From contig OZ296656.1 of assembly GCA_965655095.1 (NCBI GenBank), positions 86,056,001-86,120,000 of the forward strand: a DNA stretch of 64,000 nucleotides, in the 5' to 3' direction. Source of the DNA: Haplodiscus bocki. Its lineage: Eukaryota. Each line of letters opens with the position of its first letter. Position 1 is the first letter of the stretch. The translations under genes and the position numbers were made by a program. The notes under the pieces are model-generated. The model had not been told where the DNA came from and did not search any database. It saw nothing but the letters and a program-made list of their open reading frames with translations. Below are positions 50,000 to 61,100 of this stretch, piece after piece.

Positions 50000-51450
50000 A
50001 ATGACCGCATGGACTTAGTCCATCAGAGCCACAAGCCACGCTTTTCACTTTTAGAAGCTCCGTCTTTGTCAAAGTGCTAAGGTTTGAATACCTGGCATCG
50101 GAAAGAAAGATCATTTGTGCTGAAAAATATTAGACAGGTAATCTATTAAATCGAAAATAAAACCAATCCTTCTTCAAAATTGCCGGCTGATTTTCATCTG
50201 TGAACGTCTCGCTCGACGTTTCTCACATTTAGAAGGGTGTAGAGTAAATGTTTTGCGATTTGACTTTTCGAATAAATTCCTTTGATCGAAGTTATGAACA
50301 ACTACTTTTACGTGTGATCAAGCTGTATAATCAAACTATAAGTTTTCGAAACTGCCAGCTATAACTTCCGTCAATGTCTCAATCGACAGTTTTCTACTTC
50401 CCAAAACGTCCCACAACAGAATTTCCTTCGATGTCGGTTCTTCCATTAGTATTTCTATGGATGGATTAAAGACAAAAATGACTACTTTGAGGATTTTTTA
50501 AGATTCAAACCTAAATTTCTGCAGAGCTACCCGGTACATTTCTTCAATCAAGGTCTCAGTCGACGTTTTTTCTACTTGTAAAAAGTTACTCGACTGTCCA
50601 CATTTGTGTTTGGTTCCTCGGAATGGTAACGTGATACGCAGAAATTGTCGATAACTGCATAATTGTATGAATCGTCTCGATAAACAGACGCGATTCTTTT
50701 CAAAACATCCTCGATTTCTTCCATCATGGTCTCAATCAAGAATTATTTATCTGCAGAACATCGTTCAGTGCTAATATTCCGGAAAAATATCCTTGTATCG
50801 CAAACTTTATGGACCGATAAAGCCAAATTATGGAAGTGGTCTGACTTTTCTTGAAAAAAAACCTGCTTTTCTCAAAAACAAGGGGCTGTATTTCATTCAT
50901 CAAGGTAACGGTAGACTTTTTTGGATACTTGTAGATACGGGGATGTCAACTATAGCGTTTGCTTCCTCGCATCACAAACCTGAAGGGCGAAATATGCGAA
51001 AATTTGCATATTCGTATGATTTGTCTTGATTTTCAAATTCGACTCTTTTCAAAACAACCGCCTGTATTTTTTTCATCAAGGTCTTAGTCAGCAAGTTTGT
51101 AATTGTAGAGCATCATTTAAAAATATATTTAGGAAAGAGTTTCTTAATCGGAAACTTAGAACCGAAATTGACGGCAATTGCAAAAGTTTTTGAATTCTCG
51201 TGAGAATCATTTCTTTAATTCTCAAAATTACTGGCTGCACTTCTTCCATCAGGGTATCAATCGACTTTTTTCGACTTATAAAAATATAGTGATTGCTAAA
51301 TAATGCATTTGGTTCTTTACAACTGAAACCTGATAGGCCAAAATAGCCCAAAACTGAATATTGGTATGAATCGTCATGATAAATTTTGTTCATGTCTGGA
51401 AAGCTATTTCGTCTAAAACTGAACCTGATTTTCTGAAACTTTGAGAAGAA
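50000..51450 (+). repeat. Same ~175-bp satellite in ATP6V1A intron 7
   Basis: TCAAGGTCTCA-like motif at ~50193, 50366, 50543, 50718, 50896, 51072, 51244. Confidence 0.7.
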
Positions 51451-52044
51451 GCATGCAAAGTTTTTAAATTTTGTTGCGATCGGCAAATTTTTCGAAAGTT
51501 TTTGAGGTAACGAACTTCAAGATCGCTATTTTTGGCTGTTTGAATTTTTTTCTGAAATTTTTGTCGTGAAAGCAAAGACTGAAAATGACCCAGATTGACA
51601 CGTTAGCGATTCAGATTGAACAGTGATGGCACGTTTCGCTGTTTTTTTAGAGCTGTTGCCTCGAGCCTAGCACTAAGGCCGTAGTGCTTATGTTTTCAAA
51701 GTTGCCGTAGAATGTGTCTAAAATAATGGTTTTTCTCGAAAAACATAGTTTCTGACCAAAGTTAAGGTTTTTGAAAAAATAATCAACAAGTTCTTGAGAG
51801 TCAATGCAATTTTTGACATTTTCCTTTCAAATTAAAGCTTTTCAGACGGGCGAGTAAACAAGCCCGAATGTTGCTGCGAGTTTTTTTCCAGCCATTAGTA
51901 TTGACGGATTTGATGCTTCGAATCGAATTGATACATGTACCAAGCCGGTTTAAGTTGTTCCCGGCTTGTTCACGTTTCTTCCTAATTCAAGAAAAATCCG
52001 GAGCTTTTCTTTCAGGTGTCTAACATCGAATTAAAATCTTTCAG

Positions 52045-52380
52045 CATCGCGTGTGTTTTTACGTTTACTTGCCAGTTGCACGATTCTGACTTTGAAAAAT
52101 TTATACCTCCAAAAATTATCAAATTTACTGTAAAATGCGACTAAAATAGTGTCATTTCTTAAATATATACGAAACGTTTTTTTTTGGAAAAACGTGATTT
52201 CTCCCAAATCAGGAAAAGGTGGTAAATTTGCTGTAGAATGCATATAAAATGGTAAGAATCCTTAAATACGTTTTTAAAACCGAAAATAGGTGTTTTCGGA
52301 AATTGGTGACAAATTTCATGTTGAAGAAAGCATAAAAAGTAGTTTTTTCAAAATTCCTTAAATGCATTTTTAACACAGTT
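52045..52380. mobile_element. Dispersed non-coding element family (related copies at ~6160-6500, ~9250-9540 inverted, ~45060-45400)
   Basis: Shared TTTACTTGCCA.TT end motif (6170, 52065; reverse complement at 9506) and AAATTTGCTGTAGAATG (45196, 52224). Confidence 0.55.
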
Positions 52381-54599
52381 GGATGGTGGAATGTATCCCG
52401 CTGGTAGCCTGGCATCTTGCTAAATATTCTAACAAATTTCACCAGAGGGTCGAACACTATCAGAAGCGCGCATGTTTAGTGAGATCAGTGTTTCTTTTTT
52501 TAGTATATGTGTTTTTTGCCATCAAGTTAGTTCCAATTTCATGCAAATTGTTGAGCAAATTTTCCCAACAAGAATCTTCAGCTTTTCTTGTAACCCAATG
52601 TCTTTGTGTATTTGAATTTAATTGGATCAATGAAAGTATAAAATGTTAGTTGGTTTGGATACGCGTCGGAAGGCAATTTTTAATGCCAATTTTACTCGAA
52701 TCAAGTTTAGTGGCTTACGGATTTAACGAAAATTGATAATTTGCTGGCCGGCAGTGAACTTTTAAGTTGCATCAAATTAAGACTTCCAATTGTCTTCAGT
52801 CGTTTTTAGCAATTTTGCTAAAAGTTCATCTCCCTGACAGTGCAAAATGTCCCCGATCAATTTTTGGGGGTTATTGAACGAATTTTTCTAGGTGGTTATT
52901 GTGCAAAAGACAAATGATTAACAAATGAAAGTCAATGCTTTGAACATGTAGTATTCATAAATTGTTATGAAATATCGTTCAACTTCCAATTTTGTATATA
53001 GTGTTAACATATTAGGTGCCATATTGTGACCCAAAATAACTGATTCTCGAATAGTGACAAATGTTTTGAAGGAATCAGCATGCTTGAAATTTTGTAAATT
53101 TTTTTCAATTTGTCGCATTCTGTCTGTGTCAATCATCTTATTTTGTTTGCAACATGTCTCTGGAACGAATTGCACAAGTTTTTTGATTTTTTCACTCTGC
53201 TGAATGAAACATTTGCTTTTAGTGAGACCATATTATAATATAGATTTGTACATAATATCCTCATTTATTGTTAAATTCTCGTTTTTGAAGGAAAAATTCA
53301 TTTTTGATGGTTTTGGCAAATAATTTAGAAGTTTGCTGCAGCTCTTTTCATTTCATGTCCTCCTTGTGTAAATAGGGAAGTTTCTTGAATATTTTTATCA
53401 TTTTAGGCTTTTTTTGATTATTAATGTGAAAATTTTCAAGGCTCGTGTAGTCACTTGAGAGAAAACTTCCGTAGTTCAGAACCGTTTCTTGCTACTTAGT
53501 ATAAGGACCATGTACATGTAAAATAGTCATCGTCGGAAATTGCTACTATTGGCCATTCCGTAATTCCCAGGCTTTAACTACTATGATTCTATTTCGAAGA
53601 CGTATTAATCCAACTTTTGTTGAAGATTGTGATCCTGATCGAATTTTTGAGTCGGTTTTTGAAGGTCTTGAGAAAAACCTGCTGGTGAGGTTTGTGTGTT
53701 GTGGATATTTTGTGATTCCAAGATCAGAACAAGGAAGGTCTGCCGACTGGTTGGAGGCGACGTCTGTCAATGAAAAGAGACACCACGCTTTCTTTTCAGA
53801 ATGGGAACGACCTTGTTTTCTTATTTCCTTTTTGTTTACGGAACTACTAGACTGAAGATAAATTGACATTAAGCCAGTTTTGTGTGGCAGGGATTCCAAT
53901 ATTGGCGCGAAAACTCTCAGAACGGCGCCGATTTGTGATCGATTTTCCGCAAATTGTACTCAACATAAATAAAGCTAAGTAAGGTATAACAAGCCAAGAA
54001 TTGTAGAGTCGGCCCCGCCTGTATGACTCGAAATACTCATAGGACGGAGTTAATTTTGATGTTTGAAAAAATGTATTTTAGTATAAAATGTAAGAAAACA
54101 GAGCTTTATGCTGGGATTTGAACCCATTACCTGTGGATTTGTTAGATTTTATCGGGGTTATCACGAAAAAAAAATTGGGCCGAAATTCCAAAATGGTTTT
54201 GATGATAGGTAAATTTTTGGTATAGTTTGCGCTATAAATGGTAAAATTGTATAGCATGTACTGGGGTTTGAACCAGTGACCTGTGGCTCGGGAACCTTTT
54301 TGTTTTACCTGCTGGGCCATATAAAATGTAAAAAATCCAGTATATTTTTGGACACTTTGGAAGCAATAGTACAATTCATATCATCGAGGCCGTCAATTTG
54401 ACCAACTCTGTTCAAATTGAATCCGTTCGATGTGAGTTCTGTCATTTTACGCAAAAAAATAAAGTAAAGCGCCAACTAAGAATAAACAAATTTAAAGAAC
54501 GCGAATTTCATCAGAAAAAATGAATTGTGACTATTGGTCTAACCAAAGGAAACATTGGGTAGGCTAACCATATAAGCAGAACTTGGCAGACTACCAAAT

Positions 54600-54671
54600 A
54601 GGTCTGTAGCTTAACTGGGAGAACATTCAGTTTGCAGATTTGAAGGTGTTTGTTCAAGTCCTGCCAGTCCT
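54600..54671 (+). pseudogene. tRNA-like sequence (pseudo-tRNA or SINE head; GCA in the anticodon-loop position)
   Basis: Acceptor-like stem AGGTCTG/CAGTCCT, A-box-like TAGCTTAACTGG, B-box-like GTTCAAGTCC; T-stem and anticodon stem are imperfect. Confidence 0.5.
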
Positions 54672-56406
54672 ATGTTTGCTGTGTCTGCTTTGTAGTTCAC
54701 TATTTGATTGCTGCTTTGATTTCTGTTCTGCTGGCAAAACTATTCCGGAACTGCTTCAAATTGGCCCATGAAATTATCGAGTAGTTTTATGGATGGGCAG
54801 TGTACTTCCATTATGTAAATAGCTATTTTTGCAATGAAGCTTCAGTTTGAAAAAATGAAACTTTCGGTATATATCGAAAATCAAAATGTTCCAGAGACAT
54901 ATTGCAAACAGATCAATATGAAAGATGTTTCGGGCTCAACAGGCAGTAAAACTTTGCAGGGCTGTTGAATAATTCAACCATGTCAATTCAGAGAAAAGCT
55001 TTGTAAAAAGATCTTTTTGGGGTCACAATACTCTGCCAAACATCTTGACGCAGTTTCTTCAAAGAATACAACGGAAGGCCACTCCTCGAAAAATAACGAG
55101 AACATTCTTTGGGGGCTTTTAACCGAAATCATCTATTGGAAAACGAAAGCATTGACCTTTTTAAACAATGTCGCTGTATTATTTTTGTTCGGCACATGCC
55201 AACTAGGGCAGTGGTATTGGTGGCACAATTCCATGGTAGCTCAATTGCTGGCAAGAGAAAAATTAGGAGGAGAGCGAAGAGAGGCTCAATGTCCTCCGAT
55301 TTTGGTAAATTTATTGACAAAATTATCTACAAAATGCCAAAAATCATGAACATTTTGACCCCCACCCCCATTTTGAAAGTAGCCTCCTCATTTAAAATTC
55401 TCCAAGTTTGCTGGCGTTTGTTCGGCGAAGGCGGATCGAATTAACGGTTTCCTTGGTTTTTATACATGTAATGTTGAAATGAATACGTAGACGTTTTCAA
55501 GTTTTTAGTGGGCGCTATAGTAGTACTTTATGAAAAATTCCGACTATTACAGTACTTTTTTAAGATCGAAGAACTCACCGCGTATACGACGATTCTTTTA
55601 CGACAGTTTATGGCGGCCTCACCACTCACGTCCACTAAGCTTTTCGAACAAGGACCATGAAGCAGAGAATACCAAATTCCCAAATTACAGCGACCGAATA
55701 ATGCCGCAAAATTTTTTTAATGTAGCAAGGGCGCTGTTTATATCGTATCAAAGGAACTCGTGAAACAAAAATTTTACGAAAGCAAAAAACTTGATTATAC
55801 CAAGCATTTTGGAAGGTACTGTTCCAAGTTTTACAAATTCCAAATTAGTTTTCCGAAAAATAGTTTTCCGATTGATATTTTGAGCCATACGAGCAGGGTG
55901 GACTTGAGCCGTTCGCGGCTTGTTTATTTTTACGAAATAATAACGGGAAGCAAACTCTTGATAGTGTGAGATTTTCGTGCGATATTTTCAATTTGCGGGA
56001 AAGAGTCTTGGTAAGCATCTGTCAAGCGCTGTGGTAACGTCAAAATGTATTTTGAAAAATTCCAGAACGCTGTGCGTCAAAATGCCTATGTTTAGGTCGC
56101 TGCTTTTCAAAAGAAAAGTGCCCGGCTATTACTGTGGATTTTGTTCTTTTTCCACCGCGTAAAACTACGATGTGTCAAAAGTGTTGGGGCACTAAATTTG
56201 AAATTTTAAGGCACCCGTTAGTTTCAGGAGCAGTACAAGAAACGCGAAAAGAACTTTTTCATGTACGGAAAAAATGGCAAAAGCCAAAATTATTCAAAAA
56301 CAAAAGGGCCCATGGATATTTGGGACGTTACGGGCGGCGTTGATTTGGGCTTTTCCCTGCTTGTTCGTTTATTTCAATGCATTGAGTTTGTGCTTGTCTG
56401 TTGTAG

Positions 56407-56683
56407 GTTCTGCCCCATGCACAAGACAGTTGGAATGTTGAAAAACATTTTACATTTCCACCAAAAAGCGACAGACGCAGTGACACCTAGCGGCGACAAA
56501 AAGAGCAAAATCACGTGGAATGACATCCGCGAGAACATGGGAGAAGCCAATGGGGTCATCCATGCTGTCACTTCTATGAAATTCTTGGATCCCAACCAGT
56601 TGAACAAGGAAGCTATGGAAGTTGAATTCAATGCAATCCAGAAACGAATAGATGACAAGTTTGCCCAACTGATCGAGGAATGA
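56407..56683 (+). CDS. ATP6V1A: V-ATPase A exon 8 (terminal)
   Basis: RFCPMHKTVGML...KITW...MKFLDP...F.QLIEE*; the eight exons total 1851 nt = 616 aa + stop; AATAAA at 56698. Confidence 0.95.
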
Positions 56684-58139
56684 TTTTTTTTCAAAAAAAT
56701 AAATGAAGGACTTTTCAGAGAACAATTATAATCTTATGTAATCGAGGCTGCAATAGTTATTAATTAATAACAAATTAATTTGAACAATTGAATTGAAAAG
56801 AGCTTAAAAGAAAGGTGAAAAGGATAAAAATAATTTTGAAAAAGTGTTTATCTTCGATTTCAAGACATAATTTTTTAAAAAAGAAGAAAGTCATGAAAGA
56901 GTTTTGTTGAGCAATGCTGGAAAGTTTTCGCTAGTTGAAGATATTCGATACAAAGTTTTTCGAAAATCGGGATTCTACTAATTCGGAAAAATTTTAGTGG
57001 GCCATTCGATTATCATGAACTGATTATTAATTACTACGTACTTATGATAACGATTAATAACTGTCAGCCTCATCTAGTATGTATCGCATGAGTAAGCGAG
57101 AGGCACTGGACTTCTTATGCGATGACCAGAGTTGACGATCTGTAACTTTGAAACCCTCCTCACCATGAAACGTATTTTGTTATTCAGTGCCAGCAAATAA
57201 TTAACTTAGACTACAGATACAATTTTACATGGCTGCATGTAAAGTAAGTACATTATTTAATTTGAATATAGAGAACCTTTGAGCTCAGTGCTGAACGAAT
57301 ATTTGAGCGATAATTGTATAAAGATATATTTCTATTCAATTGTATCAATGTCATTATTGTCACTATTTCATCTTGTTACATTCAAAACTTCTTGGCGACA
57401 CTTGAGAAACAGCGAGTTGGCATAAAGAGATGGTAGAATGATCTCAAGATGAATCTTTACCATTTTATAATGACAATGTGTTGTACCATCACGACCAACA
57501 ACAACCTGACAGACAATCAACAATGTCTGTTAGTATCTGAAGAATCTTGACATCTAAACACCTTCAAAATGTAACAGCTTCAGCAGTGAAACTTGAAGTC
57601 ACTCAGAATTGACTCAAATTGAGTTAATGTTTCAATATGCAGTACTGATTTTAATTAACAACTGAGCAAAACTTAGGCAAGTCTGCTGGCCAATTACAAA
57701 GTACGAGTTTTACAAGACAACAGCATTTGAAAAAAATTCGGTAGATTTTGCATCAGCTTTCATTAGTCTTTTTGGGACTACCGGAAAATTTTAATTTCAC
57801 GAAGTTTCTTGAGTGGACTAATGTTGATCGGTTTTTATTTTCTTAAGAAATGAAGTGCCTGGTAGTAGGAAAAGCAAGCACTGTTGAAATAGAGATCAAT
57901 TCCACTTTTATTTCAGGTTAGTATCGGTAGAAAGTTGCGGCCCATTCCCAAGGGGAAAGCATGAAAAAGATAATGTCTTGTTTTTGGGAAAAGAGTCTGG
58001 GGTGGTAGTGATAACAAAAAAAAGGCTGGGAAAATTGATGCATTTTGCCGTGTTAAATTCGTTTTGGGGTAGCATTTGGGCAAATGTGTGGTTTTTTTTC
58101 AAATTGTAGGAGTTTTGGAAAACCTTGTGAACGTGAAGA

Positions 58140-61100
58140 CTTTTCTGAAAAATTCAACTTCAGAAGGTTGAATTTAGAAAGAATTGCGGTCTTTTTCCGA
58201 GTTAGCTCCCAACGAAAAACGTGGCCATGCTCAAGTTGTAAGAATGCAGAGAATGACAAATTTCTTGAAAACAGTCTGATTTTACAGCTTCAGGTACAAA
58301 CGCTCAAGAAGACACGGAAAAAAATGGGGAGATAAACGCGAGTTGAATTGGTTGAAAGTTTTCAAATCCACCCCTGGGTAACATTCTGTCAAAAATGCGG
58401 TTTCACCCGCGCTAACAAAAATCTGCAAAGATAATATTTCGGAAATTTTAAGACTGGTCCAATTTGGGCACAAGTGTGGGGAAAACATGAGGAGCATTGA
58501 AAATGGCTGGCAAAGTTAAGGTCGGACATAAATTTTATCTGTAATCTGGGTTAGTATCTGGTCAAAAGTGTCGAAATAAATAGTGTCTGAAAATCTGGAA
58601 AAACTCCGAGAATATAAATTTTCTGATTTTTAAAAAGTGAAAGAGGAGTTGAGGGAGGCTCGGCTCGGCTCGGCTCGGCTCGGTTCGACTCGGATCGGCT
58701 CGCTTCGTCTCGGCTAAGTCTTGAGAATGGCGGGTGAAATTGAATTGGACCTATAATTTTCAAATTTAAACCAGTAGATTACTCTTGTAAAATTCTTGAC
58801 ATTGCCAAAATGTAAGAGCAAAAGATATCAGGTAAATCTGAAACTCATTGAAATGCTTCCAGCATGGACACGGAAGTTAAAAAGTGAGGGCCGGACACTG
58901 GAAGTGGCTTGACAAGATTCAGAGGGGATGAGTTTCCAAATCTAATCCGTAGTGATAACCGTTCGGAGTGCTAACAGATTTGCAAGCTGAATGAACTCTT
59001 TTTTCGGAAACCGGCCCGAAAACCAAATTGGTGGAAAAGTTATGGCTAATCTGATTTTGACACAATCGGGTCGAATTTGAGCTGTTTCTCAAAAATCTTA
59101 CCGTTTTCAAAAAAGACAGGAAAAAAGTCAGGTACACGTGATTAGTTCTCTGCCTCACTTACAATGATTGATTCTTACAAGTTCCGAAAAAAATGACCTG
59201 AAACGTTCACGCCTATAAAGCGTACTACAGTTTCTCTACTCTATCTTAGCACATGTTGCTTTTTTCGTAACTAACAAGCGTGAAAATTCTTGAGTGGAAA
59301 TTTTTCCGCCTGACCTCAAAGAGGACTTCGATGCTGTCGGGTATCTCAAAATGGTCGTAAATTTTTGAAAATGAAAAAGATGTCAGATTTCAACTGCTGA
59401 AAAACTGGAAAAAAAGAGGCCCTCCAATTTTTCAACTATCGGTCAACTTTTTATCAGACGGAACTCTTCGTTATCAAAATTCTAAAAAAAACTTTTGCTC
59501 TTGTTTTTTTCCATACCTTATGGATTTGGTTGTGGGTGATGCCAGCATTGTTGAACTTAGAAAAAGTTAAAATATTTTTCCGAGTTACCTCCCAAAGAAA
59601 AATGTGGCCATACTCGAGTTGTAAGAATGCAGAGAATGACAAACTTCTTCAAAAAACTCTGTTTTTACAACTTCGGGTACAAAGGCTCAAGAGGTCACGG
59701 AAAAAAGTGGAGCAGGAAATTTGAGTTGAATTGGTTGAAAACTTTCAAATCCACTTTTGGGTAACATTCTGTCAAACGTGTCGTTTTTTTAAACTAACAA
59801 AAACTTGCAAAGGTAAAATGTCGAAAATAATAGGATTTTTCCAATTTGAGCAAAAGGGTGGGGGAAAACATGAGAAATAGTGAAAATGGCTTGCAAAGTT
59901 AAGGTCGGGCATAAATTTTATCTGTAATCCGGGTTAGTATCTGGTCAAAAGTGTCGAAATAAATAGTGTCTGAAATTCTGTAAAAACTCCGAGAATATAA
60001 ATTTTCTGATTTTTAAAAAGTGAAAGAGGAGTTGAGGGAGGCTCGGCTCGGTTCGACTCGGATCGGCTCGGTTCGGCTCGGCTAAGTCTTGAGAATGGCG
60101 GTTGAAATTGAATTGGACCTATAATTTTCAAATTTAAACCAGTAGATTACTCTTGTAAAATTCTTGACATTGCCAAAATGTAAGAGCAAAAGATATCAGG
60201 TAAATCTGAAAGTCATTGAAATGCTTCCAGCATGGACACGGAAGTTAAAAAGTGAGGGCCGGACACTGGAAGTGGCTTGACAAGATTCAGAGGGGATGAG
60301 TTTCCAAATCTAATCCGTAGTGATAACCGTTCGGAGTGCTAACAGATTTGCAAGCTGAATGAACTCTTTTTTCGGAAACCGGCCCGAAAACCAAATTGGT
60401 GGAAAAGTTATGGCTAATCTGATTTTGACACAATCGGGTCGAATTTGAGCTGTTTCTCAAAAATCTCACCGTTTTCAAAAAAGGAAAAAAGTCAGGTACA
60501 CGTGATTAGTTCTCTGCCTCACTTACAATGATTGATTCTTACAAGTTCCGAAAAAAATGACCTGAAACGTTCACGCCTATAAAGCGTACTACAGTTTCTC
60601 TACTCTATCTTAGCACATGTTGCTTTTTTCGTAAGTAACAAGCGTGAAAATTCTTGAGTGGAAATTTTTCCGCCTGACCTCAAAGAGGACTTCGATGCTG
60701 TCGGGTATCTCAAAATAGTCGTAAATTTTTGAAAATGAAAAAGACGTCAGATTTCAACTGCTGAAAAACTGGAAAAAAAGAGGCCCTCCAATTTTTCAAC
60801 TATCGGTCAACTTTTTATCAGACGGAACTCTTCGTTATCAAAATTCTAAAAAAAACTTTTGCTCTTGTTTTTTCCATACCTTATGGATTTGGTTGTGGGT
60901 GATGCCAGCATTGTTGAACTTAGAAAAAGTTAAAATATTTTTCCGAGTTACCTCCCAAAGAAAAATGTGGCCATACTCGAGTTGTAAGAATGCAGAGAAT
61001 GACAAACTTCTTCAAAAAACTCTGTTTTTACAACTTCGGGTACAAAGGCTCAAGAGGTCACGGAAAAAAGTGGAGCAGGAAATTTGAGTTGAATTGGTTG

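Noticed and set aside
59360-59372. Sm-site-like AATTTTTGA in the macrosatellite
   Set aside because: Not conserved in the more diverged units (~62120, ~63460).
59895-59946. 5S rRNA-like words in the macrosatellite unit (AAGTTAAG, GTCGGGC, GGTTAGTA)
   Set aside because: Interrupted by an AT-rich insert, with no C box and no 5' half of 5S; likely coincidence.
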